Source: Eledone cirrhosa (taxonomy: Eukaryota). Taken from it: a stretch of 64,000 nt of DNA. The position numbers and the translations under genes were made by a program. The stretch is from NCBI GenBank assembly GCA_964016885.1, contig OZ024743.1:13020001-13084000 (forward strand), read 5' to 3'. Positions within the stretch are counted from its first letter, which is position 1. Each line of letters opens with the position of its first letter. This document shows, piece after piece, positions 1 through 12,162 of this stretch. The notes below the pieces were generated by a model. The model worked only from the letters and a program-made list of their open reading frames with translations, searched no databases and had not been told where the DNA came from.

Positions 1-940
1 GTTCTGGGGAAAATATCCAAAGTTTTATGACTCAATTTATTGCTACCATATATATTGACTTCAAGATGTATGTCAGTACATCATATCGAACGTCACAAAA
101 TCCATTGTAAAAGACAACAGAAGTAATAGTCTATTGTTATTCAGTTTCCCTACATTGCTTAGAAGTATAATTATTGTTAATATTGTTACACAAAGTGATC
201 AATGCACTATTATTGTTCATTTGTTAGACGTAGACTCCGTTTCTAAATTGATGTTACGTAAAATGTTTTGGCTATCTAATCCAACCTCAATCTTAGGTGG
301 GCTCATTTACTGTGAGCGTGTTCCCATAACATTTTACGTTATTTGAATGTATTTATTACCTTTACTTCATTCTCTTTATCACTTTTCCCATCCTCCCACA
401 GTCTAGCTTGCTTTCTTACCTTATATATTTCTATTTTATCTTATATTATATAATTTTATTTCATTCTCATATTTCATTCTATTTTTTAGTTCAAATCTTA
501 CCGAGGAAACTTTGCATTTCATAATTTCGGGGTGGATAAAATCAGTACGGGGGTCGATATAAATGCCTGTCCTGCCTAAATTGCTGGCATTGTGCATAAA
601 TTTGAAACCATTCTTCCAATATATTTCTTATGGTTTTCATTTATACATCAAATTATGTCCCGGGTAACATGCCATAATAATAATTTCCTAATATGCCAGA
701 ATATTTAAAAAAAACTTTCATAGCAGTAGCAAAGAAAACTCGAATAAACAAGTTATCAGATGGTCATCTAACTAACCAATAATTAAGACACGGATCTCGG
801 TTAGTTATACTGCTTTGTAAATACACACATATACATATAAAATACACACACATGAAATAGATGGTAAAATATTAATGTTCTAAATATAAATTATATATAA
901 AACAAATATTCAGACTTAACCAATATAAACAAAAATGTGT

Positions 941-941
<1 letters not shown>

Positions 942-1014
<73 letters not shown>
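942..1014. repeat. (ATCT)n microsatellite
   Basis: Direct tandem ATCT run. It supplies the artefactual SIYL repeats at the start of ORF 935..1732. Confidence 0.95.
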
Positions 1015-1062
1015 GTCAGTCCCTCTCTCTCTTTATCTATTTAACTATCTATCTATTTCTCT

Positions 1063-1964
1063 GTCGGCGATCAGTGGAGACTCCACTTCGACATTCTATA
1101 GATGGCTGGTCCGCAGCAAGTGCGACGACACGCTCGGAGAAACTCTAGGCGTAGAGGAGGACGAACTGGCCAGTCTGTTCGGTAGGACCTTCCGCCCGGG
1201 ACCAATGGACAATTTCCAAAAATCCCTGGCTTGGAAGTGCTACCGAGGAGCTCTACCAGTTCGAGACAAGCTCTACAGACATGGGCGCCCGGGCAGGGAC
1301 CATTCGAAAAAGATCTGTCCGAGATGCGTGCGCGACGAGGAAACCGTCGCGCACGCATTTGTACACTGCCCGGGCGTTACCGACCTGTGGGGCTATGTAG
1401 AACGACTATTGTCGCGGGTGGGACCAATCCAGTTGACCACCGAGTCCATTGTCATGATCAAACCGTCACCCTCCTTCAAAAACGAGCGAGAGGCGGTTTT
1501 CCTATGTGTTATGGATATGGTGAAAGAGGTTATATGGTGGACGAGGTTAAAAGGGCTGAGGTCAGATACCTTTCTATCCGGCGAGCAACTGATTCGTTTT
1601 TTCAAATATCATTTTCGAAGAAGAATCAGGATGGAGAGAGAGGTGCTGTACCACAGCAAATTTTATAAAAAGTGGGTGAATGTGGCAAAGATGGCCCGAG
1701 TGGTTGGGCCTTCTCTCTATATAAGCCTGTAGGTTGAGGAAAAAGAGGAAGAGAGGAAGGGAGTACTCACTCTGGTGATCCTGGAGATAAGGGTTGTACA
1801 TTTTTTCGGGGTGTGTACAACTCCTGTGTAACGCCTCCCCCCTATTGGGGATATTAATTGTTATTTGTTATTTTATTAATAGTTTTATTTTCATATACCT
1901 GTATGTAAACTCCCCATTTGTATTTGTCCCCTTCTTTTGTGCCATTTTGGCTAATAAAGAAATT
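1063..1964 (+). mobile_element. 5'-truncated L1/Tx1-group LINE (ORF2 C-terminus with Zn-finger plus 3'UTR)
   Basis: Translation (MDNFQKSLAWKCYRGALPVRDKL..CPRC..HAFVHC..WVNVAKMARV) matches the C-terminus of ORF2 35147-38566. It ends in a hairpin plus AATAAAGAAAT. It is flanked by a 19-bp direct repeat TATCTATTTCTCTGTCGGC (1050-1068 and 1965-1983). Confidence 0.92.
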
Positions 1965-1978
1965 TATCTATTTCTCTG

Positions 1979-3597
1979 TCGGCCTATGCCGACGACATAA
2001 CCGGAATGGTGTCGAAAACCTCGGAAATCGGGGTAATCGGCAACCTATTACAGGAATACGAAGCGTTGACAGGAGCAAGACTAAACCCACACAAGTCTGT
2101 CGGTTTGCAACTCGGCACATGGAGAGGCAAACCCATGCCTTCCGACAGTGTCTTTGGACGCTGGGCGGAAGGACCGGTGAAATTGCTCGGGGTCTGGTTT
2201 GGTCCAGACCTCCAGGTGGACAAGAACTGGAACGAGGTCACGGCGAAGTGTTTGCAGTCACCCAGAAGTGGACTGAGTGAAAACTCTTCTTGAAAGGTCG
2301 AGCGGAGGTGGCGAACACTTACATAGCGTCTGTCATCTACTACCGCTTGACAGTCGTGCCTTGCCCCCGCGAATACCTTACCAAAATGGAACGCCTACTC
2401 TTCAAGTTCCTCTGGAAGAAACAGGCTCTATTGGTGAGGAGATCCATCTGCTGTCAACACCCTTCTAACGGAGGGCTGGACATGCCGTGGCTGATGATGC
2501 GCAAACACGCGCTGAGGCTACGCCATCTCCAGGTATTCCTGACAGGTGAACCGGTGTGGCTGTCGTTTGTGAGACAAGCTCTTCCACAACTCGTCTCACT
2601 AACAGAGCTGCAGTCCTGGGTCAGGCGAAGACCGATAATGAGTTCCTGGCACCTCTAGTGCCTACAGGCGCTCGCAGCCCTCTACCAAGCGGAAACGGCA
2701 ATCAGCGGAGACTCCACTTCGACATTCTATAGGGTATTAGTGGAGGATAAGTGCGACGACGTTCTCGGGGAAACTCCAGGCATCGAGGAGGACGAACTGA
2801 CCAGTCTGTTCGGGAGGACTTTCCGTCCAGGGCCTATGGATAACTTCCAGAGGTTTCTGGCATGGCAGTGCTACCGAGGAGCTCTACCAGTTCAAGACAA
2901 AATATACAGGCACGGACGCCCTGACAGAGATCCTGTCCAAGATGCAAGCAGGACATCGAAACCGTTCTGCACGCAATTGTTCAGTGCCCAGGGGTGACCG
3001 ACCTGTGGAATTATTTCGAACAGCTGCTGTCACGTGTGGGACGCATCCAGTTGTCAGCCGAGTCTATCGTTAGGATCATCCCGCCGCCTTCATTTAAGAA
3101 CGAAGGAGAGGCGGTTTTCCTCTGTCTAGTGGCTATGGCGAAAGAGGTAATATGGTGGACGAGGTTAAAAGGACTGAGGGCAAACACGTTTCTCTCTGGA
3201 CAACAACTTATCCCCTTCTTTAAGTATCACTTCAGAAGGAAGGTGAGAGTGGAGAGAGAGGTGCTACACCCCAGTAAATTTGCTGAAAGGTGGGTGAATG
3301 TGGCGAAAATGGCCCGAGTGAATGGGCCTTCTCTGTATATAAACCTGTAGGTTGGGGAAGATAAACGGAGGGAAGACAGGAACACCTACAAAACGTGTTC
3401 CTCGTGTTGAGGGTTGTTCTATCCACGGGGTGTAAAACAACCCTGCAGTAACGTTCCCTCCTATTGGGGATTTCAATTGTTATTTTATTATATATAGTTT
3501 ATTGTTATTTATTAATGTTAAAGTTATTTGTATGTAAAATCCGCGCCGTCACGTCTTGTAATGTCCCATTTTTGTACGCCCCTGTGGCAAATAAAGA
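1979..3597 (+). mobile_element. 5'-truncated, frameshifted L1/Tx1-group LINE (from the RT YADD motif to the 3' end)
   Basis: It starts at codons for SAYADD. ORF pieces 2006..2293, 2290..2658, 2740..2997 and 2994..3350 are collinear with ORF2 35147-38566. It ends GCCCCTGTGGCAAATAAAGA followed by TATCTATTTCTTTGTC (3598-3613). Confidence 0.92.
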
Positions 3598-4095
3598 TAT
3601 CTATTTCTTTGTCTGTCTGTCCGTTCATTGGTCCGTCTGTCAGTCTATCTAGCCCCCCCCTCTCTCTATATATATATATTTCTATCTATCTATCAATCAA
3701 TCAATATATCTATTCTATTCTACGATATATTTGTCTTTCACCGATGTTCCTGTTTGTCCATTTTCATTCTCTTGCACAATACCTTACTCTTTTATAGTCT
3801 TATTTCATCTTCATTACTCTGTTTATCTTCTCTTTCATGATCCTTATAACCACTTCCGTTTCGTTGTTCAACTCCCATTCGTTTTCCTTTTCAAACTTAC
3901 GATTACATTATATTAGATACATTCCTGCTTTTTAATTGTTTCTATCTTTCATGTGACATTCCTCTTTCCCCCTCTCATCCTTACTATCTTAGAAGGATAT
4001 GTTCTACCTCTTCCACATTGCCACACCGTACTTCTCGTCTTTATCGTTCGTAGTAAAGCAATATATCTTTAGTAAACTGTCACATAAATCCTTGG

Positions 4096-4113
4096 TATAT
4101 ATATACACACGCG

Positions 4114-4201
<88 letters not shown>

Positions 4202-4218
4202 TACATATATACATATAC

Positions 4219-4249
<31 letters not shown>

Positions 4250-4288
4250 CATATATACATATACATATATACATGTATGTATACATAC

Positions 4289-4352
<64 letters not shown>

Positions 4353-4546
4353 GTATATATATTTATTTATATATATATATATGTATGTAGGGATAGATGG
4401 ATATATATAGGCTCAACATTTTCGGTTTCTGCAAAAGTCCAACTAATCCTTGGACTTTCGGATGGCTTAGCTGAAAGAAATATTTTCATAGTCATACAGC
4501 TTTTGGTGGAGTAACATTAATCTCTATGAAACAAACACATACGCAC

Positions 4547-4607
<61 letters not shown>

Positions 4608-4724
4608 CAGATAGAGACAGAGAGGGATAGAGAGAGAAAGCTATACATGTATAAAGCATAAAACATCTCATTCTCTTTCCATATATATATATATATATAT
4701 GTACACACACACACACACACACAC

Positions 4725-4800
<76 letters not shown>

Positions 4801-4822
4801 GTATATATATGTATATATATAC
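4096..4822. repeat. Compound (TA)n/(CA)n/(GA)n microsatellite cluster
   Basis: Direct inspection. A short unique island lies at about 4386-4530. Confidence 0.9.
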
Positions 4823-5260
4823 ATGCCTGTTTACATTCTCACACATAAACGCATACACACCCACACATATATGCACACATTTACATTTAGGCAAATACTC
4901 ATAGACAATTATACGCACATTCCTATATGCATCTGGGCTTATATACACTCACTTATATTTGCATAAGATATTTGATCTCATTTCACGAGTAGAAAATAAT
5001 GAATAATTTAAGGTAACAGAATTTGTGCCCAGGTTACATTTGATCCTTGACACACACACATACGCGCGCACGCGCAAGCATACCAATTCATAAATATGCA
5101 CATATACAATATAACGGAAATCTTTTTTTAAAAATGATCATACTAGTATGTGCCATATATATAGCGGGAACGGGCGAAGGCTTCAAGAACATCATCTTTG
5201 TCCATTCCCTTGTTGTTTTAATTTGGATTGCCTCGAGGACGTAACATTATTATGTAAGAA

Positions 5261-5335
5261 GCTGTCTGATGAGATCATGGCACTGGGTACGTGGAATCGC
5301 GTGGCCACTGTCGCTATTGAAATATGTATCACAGC
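5261..5335 (+). ncRNA. Type I hammerhead ribozyme motif with long helix II
   Basis: GCTGT-CTGATGA-(46-nt hairpin)-GAAA-TATGTA-TC^ACAGC. The core is intact, helix I is a perfect 5 bp (GCTGT/ACAGC), helix III is short and near-palindromic, and the cleavage triplet is AUC. Confidence 0.75.
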
Positions 5336-5486
5336 CATATGAATATAGTACTTTAACATGAAACTACTTCGCATTTTCTTATTCTAATTATACTCCTACA
5401 TTCGTATGTGGAGAAAGTATCTTGAGTGCTTGAATTGAATTGCATCAATATTTACCGTAAGTATACAAATATATATACATATATCT

Positions 5487-5750
5487 CCTTGATCACCTTG
5501 ACCGACCAGTCTGTCGGGCGCCAATCGGCGCAGCTGGACACAGCACGTCGTGCTGTTTTAGCCATAAGATAACGCCCTCCCACTGGCTGGGCGGGCAGGC
5601 CGGTACTCATTTCTACAGCTGAGTAAACTGGAGCAACGTGAAATAAAGTGTCTTGCTCAAGGAAACAACACATCACCCGGTCCGAGAATTGAACTCACAA
5701 CCTTTCGATTGCAAGCCAAATGCTCTAACCACTACGCCATGCGCCTTCAC
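5487..5750 (-). mobile_element. tRNA-derived SINE, family B (CORE-like central block)
   Basis: The minus strand has A-box TGGCGTAGTGG and B-box-like GTTCAATTC, then TCCTTGAGCAAGACACTTTATTTCACGTTGCTCCAG..CTCAGCTGTAGAAATGAGTAC. The head and centre are shared with 41719-42041. Confidence 0.75.
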
Positions 5751-5855
5751 ACACACATTTCTACCTATACGTAGAATTTAATTACCCTCGAAATTCCATG
5801 AAGAAAGTACCAATAGCGATAATATAACGTGCAGCCTTATAATGCCTTATATAAA

Positions 5856-6246
5856 TAATTGTTTCTACTTTTGGCACAAGGCCAGCAATTACCTCAGTAC
5901 ATTACTGGTACTTTATTTTATCGACCCCGTAAGGATGAAAGGCAAAGTTAACCTCGGCGGGATTTGAAGAAAGAATGGCAAGGGCCGTAACTCTATGCGT
6001 CAAAGCATGGCGTCCGACCATCTACCGAGACTGCCAATCCACCGTCCCTTATATAAATAATTGTTTCTACTTTAGGAACAAGGCCAGCAATTATCCAGTG
6101 CATTACTGGTACTTTATTTTATCGACCTCCGTAAGGATGAAAGGCAAAGTCAACCTCGGCGGGATTTGAACTCAGAATGGCAAGGGCCGTAACTCTATAC
6201 GTCAAAGCATGGTGTCCGACCCTCTACCGATACTGCCAATCCACCA
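5856..6246 (-). mobile_element. Two tandem tRNA-derived SINE copies, family A
   Basis: Each is the reverse complement of GGTGGATTGGCAGTATCGGTAGAGGGTCGG..GTTCAAATCCCGCC..GCCTTTCATCCTTACGGGGTCGATAAAATAAAGTACCAG..GGCCTTGTGCCTAAAGTAGAAACAATTATT. CCTTATATAAATAAT precedes both copies. Confidence 0.9.
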
Positions 6247-6351
6247 AATAATGGTTTCTTATAATGTAGCCTTATAATAAAATAAGAAATATCTGAAATT
6301 GACACAAACGCACACACACACACACACACACACAAACAAACACATATATAT

Positions 6352-6436
6352 ACTTATGATAGTATCTACAGAGATTTTTAGCGCCAAATTTGCGTCGAGG
6401 GGCCAAGAGTTCGATATCTTTATATATCAATATTTA

Positions 6437-6516
<80 letters not shown>

Positions 6517-6601
6517 TAAATATTGATATATAAAGATATCGAACTGTTGGCTTCTCGACGCAAATTTGGCGCTAAAAATCTCAGTAGATACTATCATAAG
6601 T
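6352..6601. repeat. Inverted repeat, 90-bp arms around a (TA)n core
   Basis: 6352-6441 is the reverse complement of 6512-6601, with 4 mismatches counted by eye. Confidence 0.9.
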
Positions 6602-6871
6602 TCAACAATTTTACTGCCTAAAATAACTCATTAAACATTTAATCAATGAGGAGAATAAAATATTTCTTACATTATATTATCTATATATAGTTCTAAATGC
6701 CCAGACACCGTTGGTTCTGCTTCTGAAGAAACACAATAATCAACACAGTTAATTGGATAATTATTAACGTTAAGATTCGGACTTTAGTCTGCGAGCCAAT
6801 CTTAATTATTTAATTAATTAATTATACAAAACATTAACTGTAATTAGGTTTGAGTGCGGAAACAAACTCAG

Positions 6872-6933
<62 letters not shown>

Positions 6934-6939
6934 CACCTG

Positions 6940-6976
<37 letters not shown>

Positions 6977-7419
6977 GCGGACTGGCCAGGTTGCCAGGTT
7001 ACTCAAGGGCAAGTGGGCCCAAGGGGCTCACGGTGGCATTGCAGGAACCCACAGTAGCATTGCAGGGCCCACTGTAGTATTTTAGGAGCCAATGCTTTGC
7101 TTTCAAAAAATACCTGAGTCTAAGAGAAAGAATAAAAAAATAAAAAAATAAAACAATTAAGAAAAGCATTTGGTTAAACAATTCCCCAGGGAATTAATAG
7201 AAACCAAAATATATGATATTGCAAATAACTGGAATCAGTGGTTGTACATTCAACTGAGTTTAACGCTTAGTGTATTCATTCATGCATTCAAACATACATA
7301 TATAGACACAGACGCACAAGCATATATACCCCCCCCCCCCCCACATATATATATATATATATACTTACACATACACACGAACTACTGACCAAATAATGTT
7401 TGGTGAATTAGTGAAGGTG

Positions 7420-7460
<41 letters not shown>

Positions 7461-8267
7461 AACACATACATATACATATATATGTATACACACACACACA
7501 CACAGACACATACATACATATATATATTTATAACATACATATATATATTTATAACAGCAACTGCTTGTATACCTTTTACTAACCACCTGACCTAGTTTCA
7601 CCCCTAAAATAAGCTTCAATTACTACTATTTTACCATTTGGCCAATTATTAACTTTCTATTGGTTAATTCTAAACCTCTTACCAAACAGACAGAATATAT
7701 TAGATCTTTGTTGGTTTTATTCAATGAACAAATAAAATTATTTCTGAGGTCAACATAAGACCTATTTCTTCCCTAAAATAATCCTTCATTCATAATATTC
7801 TTTTCCATCCAAAACTGAAATCTACCTTCCTCTACCCATAATTTAAGGTTCTTCTACTACTATATTACTATCCTGACCCTCACTATCTCTCTATTGGTCA
7901 ATTCAAAACCTGTTCCCAAACAGACCTATTGTATTGAATCTTTGTTTTTTTCAATAAACAAATATCATTATTTCTGAAGACAGCATATATATGTGTAGGT
8001 ATGTATATTCCCTTTGATAGTTTGTATAAATATTGTACATTGATCTATAGAGTATGCATACCAACTCTAACACATATATATCCTAGAAACGATCGTATAA
8101 TGATGAATCTTTTTAATATAAGGAACTGTTTCTTTGTTTATTCATTATTTTATTAATTTATATATATGTATATATATAGTAAAAAATTGAACGGGAACAA
8201 AACAGAGAGGCAGTACGAACAAAGGTTTATTAGTTTCACGCTCTTGAGAGTGGGGTGGTGGTGGGGA

Positions 8268-8299
8268 ACGACGTTTCTGGCATAAGCCCTTCTTCAGGT
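8268..8299 (-). ncRNA. Minimal type I hammerhead motif of the Penelope-like element
   Basis: The minus strand reads AC-CTGAAGA-A-GGGC-TTAT-GCCA-GAAAC-GTC^GT. Helix III is palindromic ACGT, helix I is only 2 bp, and helix II has one mismatch. Confidence 0.65.
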
Positions 8300-8579
8300 G
8301 AAAAGTGTGTGGGAAGAGAGTTCCAAGGGTGTGTAGGGGAGTGGTGGAGAGACATATAGAAAAAAGGGGGTGAGAGGAAACGGTACAAATGAAATTAAAT
8401 ATAAAAGCATAATAAAAATAAAAATAAACATGAAGTAAAACAGGTGGTGGAAGGGTGTGGGGCGTGTAGGGGTGGTGGAAGGGTGTGGGGCGTGTAGGGG
8501 TGGTGGCGGGTGGAGTGGGGAGAGGGAGGCGGGGTGTCCGAGCAGGGAGGGCTGAAGGTGGTGTGTGTGTGTGTAGGTG

Positions 8580-8623
<44 letters not shown>

Positions 8624-9855
8624 AAAGTAAGAGTTGGGGGAAGAAAGGGGTTGCATGTTCAGGAAGAGGTGTGTGTGGGGTGGGGTGTAGGTCGGTGTGA
8701 ATGTGCGTGTGTGGATGCGGAGGGGTCAGAGGGGTGGGGGGAGAGGATTGCGGAGGCTGAGTGTGTAAATATGTGGTGGTACGCACGTGTGTGGTGTTTA
8801 TGCGTGTTATGGATGTAGGTGGCGTGTGGGAAAACATATTTTTTTAGTGTATGTCAGTGGGTGAGTCCTTAAGGTAGTTCCGTAGAGGATGTGGTGGAAT
8901 GCTGGGTAATATCCTTGGGATGTGGTGGATTCTAGGGATCGATGTTCAATATGTGTAATCCGTGGTTGGTCAGAAGAGGGGAGATGTGGGGTGCGCGCGC
9001 AACAGGAAGTGGTCAGAGGGTCAAGGCAGGACAAGGGTTGTGTGTCTGTGTGTGCGGGGAGGTGGTCAGAGATAAGGGCATAGCAGCAGTCGGGTAGAAT
9101 GGTAAGTGAAGAAAGTCGGTGTGTCAGTGTGTGCGGAGGTGAGGTGGACAGGGGAGAGGATGGGTAGGTGGGAAAGTTGGAGTGAGGAGGGGGTGTGTGT
9201 GTATTAGTAGAGGTATTAGTGGGATGTGTGTGTGTGTGTGAGAAAGGGTGTGGGTGGAGCGGGAAGAGAAGGGTGTGGGGGCCGGTGGAGGGAGTGTAGT
9301 GTACTGGTGTGTGTGTGTGCTTGTTTGGATGAGTGTATGTGTGGTGAAAGGGGTGTTAGTGGGTGGTAGTATACTGGAGGTGGGGAAAGGGTTGAATGCG
9401 GGTGTGCGTGGGGGTCAGTGGTGGTAGGGTGTGTAGAGTGGGTGGTGTAAGTGGGTGTATGTGTTCGTGTGCGTAGGGTTGGGGGGTGTTAGTGATGTTA
9501 GTTGCGTGTAGAGTGGGTGGTGTAAGTGGGTGTGTGTGTTCGTGTGCGTGGGGTCGGGGGGTGTTAGTGATGTTAGTTGCGGGGTGGTTGGGTGGATGTG
9601 TGGGGGTGAGGGTTAGTGGTGGTAGTAGGGTGTGTGTTTAGTGTGAGCGCGTGTATATATGTACCGGTAGGTGTGTGCGTGTGATAAGGGGAGGGGGGAG
9701 AAGAAGGGAGGGATGTTAGTATGTTAGTTGGGGAAGGGTGGTCGCGTGTGGGGTAGAGGTGTTAGTATTGTTAGTTGTGGGGTGGGCGGTGAAAAGGAGG
9801 GCTGTGTTGGTGGTGTTAGTGGGGGATACGTGTGGGGGAGGGAGGCGGTCGAAGG

Positions 9856-10250
9856 CTAAAGGAATAAGGGTGGTGAGTTCAGGCCGGGGGGAGTGTGGGT
9901 CTGTAGGGTGAAGATGGTTCGTTGTTCGACCCTGAGGAGAGTGGCGGGTGTTCCGTGGCATTGGAGTAGGCCACAGACTGTGAGGTGGTGTGAGGAATGT
10001 CCAGGGGCACCAAAGTGGCGGGCGATGGAGGAACTACCACCGAGACGAATATCTCGGAGGTGTTCGGTAAACCGGTCCGCCAGGCGACGTCCAGTCTGTC
10101 CGACGTAGGTTGCGCTGCACCCCGTGCAGCGAAGTCCGTAGACTAGGTTGGAGGAGGTGCAGCGGAAAGCATGCCGGACAGAGAGAGAGAGTGGCCGTTG
10201 GAACCCTGGAAGGTGGTTGTGTTGGTGATGTGGGGACAGGTGTTGCAGCA
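9856..10250 (-). pseudogene. GIY-YIG endonuclease domain fragment (Penelope-like retroelement)
   Basis: VYG..YVG motif pair with intervening CxxC, conserved R..EH and terminal GLN. The RT domain is absent. Confidence 0.85.
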
Positions 10251-10378
10251 TATTTATATATACAATGTCAATTAGATCTCTTGGGAAGTTGAAAACATGT
10301 TATGTGTACATATAAATCTATACATACATATTTACATGAACACACTCCCATATATATAGTGAGTGTGAAAGACCAAAG

Positions 10379-10997
10379 GTACCAGTAATGAACTGGGTAA
10401 TTGCTGGCCTTGTGCCTAAAGTAGAAACAATTATTAAAAGTCTCTTTCATCCTTACGGGGTCGATAAAATAAAGTACCAGTAATGCACTGGATAATTGCT
10501 GGCCTTGTGCCCAAAGTAGAAACAATTATTTTAGTGAAAATGACGGTGGATTGGCAGTATTGGTAGAGGTCGGACGCCATGCTTTGACGTATAGAGTTAC
10601 GGCCCTTGCCATTCTGAGTTCAAATCCCGCCGAGGTTAACTTTGCCTTTCATCCTTACGGGGTCGATAAAATAAAGTACCAGTAATGCACTGGGTAATTG
10701 CTGGCCTTGTGCCTAAAGTAGAAACAATTATTAAAAGTCTCTGTATTTTGCAAAATACGTAATATTTTTTGTTGGAGAAGGTAAGATATTTTTCCGCAAA
10801 AATTTGATTGCACTGTTTTGTTTCCACTCATGTATTTTTTGAAAATACTATTCTAGCATAGTTACGTCCCTTTACAGTCTGAGTTCAAATCCCGTCGAGG
10901 TTAACTTTGCCTTTCATCCTTACGGGGTCGATAAAATAAAGTACCAGTAACGTACTTGGTAATTGCTGGCCTTGTGCCTAAAGTAGAAACAATTATT
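10379..10997 (+). mobile_element. Cluster of four family-A SINE copies (three 5'-truncated, one full at 10542-10732)
   Basis: Repeated ..GGCCTTGTGCCTAAAGTAGAAACAATTATT 3' ends. Target duplication ATTATTAAAAGTCTCT lies at 10430-10445 and 10727-10742. Confidence 0.9.
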
Positions 10998-11086
10998 TAA
11001 TCATTATAAAAATTAAATGATATCATTCTATATGTAGGTGGGACCCCTTCATCTCCTGGCAAACTATTTTTAGACCCAGTCCGTCA

Positions 11087-11129
<43 letters not shown>

Positions 11130-11131
<2 letters not shown>

Positions 11132-11581
11132 TATTGTTATACTTTGGGAGGGTCATGTTGCCAATAAGAAACACACACACCAGTTGCTTTCACTTCAATT
11201 TATTATAATAAATTTATAAATTTAGGAATTCATAAATTTCCGGTTGGTTGGTTGGTTCCACAACCAGATGATTGTTTATATATTGTCAAAGTTCTTTCGT
11301 TACACATTCCGTGACCTCTTCAGTGACTGGGATCCTTTTCTTTATTTTTGTGCCTCTCCTTTGTTCCGTCCTACGCCATCTTGTTTTTTCTCGGGGCCCT
11401 GACTCTTTTCCTCTATATATTGAGTGAGTGTGAAAGACCAAAGGTCCTTATTGAAAGTCTCTGGATTTTGCAAAATATATAACGCACCAGAGTACTCGAC
11501 ACTTGGGGTAGTAGAGTGGGTAATATGAAAAGATTGAGGACCCCAACGGCTGAGCTCCGGCCGATTCGACAGATCCGACAC
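11130..11581 (-). mobile_element. About 450-bp non-coding hammerhead-bearing element between (TA)n tracts
   Basis: Unique island bounded by (TA)n, containing a hammerhead followed by AATAAA. Pieces of it recur at 10358-10380/10727-10760 and 54672-54719. Confidence 0.65.
11285..11327 (-). ncRNA. Type I hammerhead motif
   Basis: The minus strand reads GTCA-CTGAAGA-G-GTCAC-GGAATGT-GTAAC-GAAA-G-AA-C-TT^TGAC. The core is intact and helix I is 4 bp (GTCA/TGAC). Confidence 0.7.
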
Positions 11582-11742
11582 ATATATATATATATATTAA
11601 TATATATATATATATATTAATATATATATATATATATATATTAATATATATATATATATATATTAATATATATATATATATATATTAATATATATATATA
11701 TATTAATATATATATATATATATATTAATATATATATATATA

Positions 11743-11817
<75 letters not shown>
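11582..11817. repeat. (TA)n with periodic TTAA interruptions
   Basis: Direct inspection. Confidence 0.95.
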
Positions 11818-11820
<3 letters not shown>

Positions 11821-11943
11821 AAAATGTGTGAGATCCTTGGTATAGTTAGGTATGTTTGAAAAGAAGGAAAAGAATGATTTATTGGAAAAGAATGATTTAT
11901 TGTTATAATATTATAATACTCATAATATTATAACATTAATTAC

Positions 11944-12100
11944 AGGGCGGTGGATTGGCAGTATCGGTAGAGAGTCGGACGCCATGTTTTGCAGTACAGT
12001 TACGTCACTTTACGGACTGAGTTCAAATCCCGCCGAGGTTAACTTTGCCTTTGATCCTTACGGGGTCGATAAAATAAAGTACCAGTAATACACTGGGATA
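11944..12100 (+). mobile_element. Family-A SINE, 3'-truncated
   Basis: GGGCGGTGGATTGGCAGTATCGGTAG..GTTCAAATCCCGCC..GTACCAGTAATACACTGG. Confidence 0.88.
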
Positions 12101-12121
12101 AGTCATTTTTTTCCTTTTTTT

Positions 12122-12162
<41 letters not shown>

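Larger units (their letters stand above)
8175..10250 (-). mobile_element. 5'-truncated Penelope-like element (Neptune-like): GIY-YIG endonuclease, long C/A-rich 3' region, hammerhead-bearing end
   Basis: ORF 9856..10251 contains CTSSNLVYGLRC..C...YVGQTGRRLADRFTEH..ARHF..EQ..I..L.T..P.GLN. An upstream CCNTCPHI linker motif is frameshifted at a (CT)n run. The 3' end has a hammerhead and AATAAA, and a second copy lies at 46763-47490. Confidence 0.88.
6972..11089. mobile_element. Non-autonomous hAT-like DNA transposon carrying nested insertions
   Basis: Terminal inverted repeats are TAGTGGCGGACTGG (6972-6985) and CCAGTCCGTCACTG (11076-11089). There are subterminal TTGCCAGG/CCTGGCAA and GGGCCC-type motifs, and both ends sit in (TA)n. 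No transposase was seen. Confidence 0.6.

Noticed and set aside
10542-10635. tRNA gene suggested by A and B boxes
   Set aside because: This is the head of a multi-copy SINE, with no complete cloverleaf.
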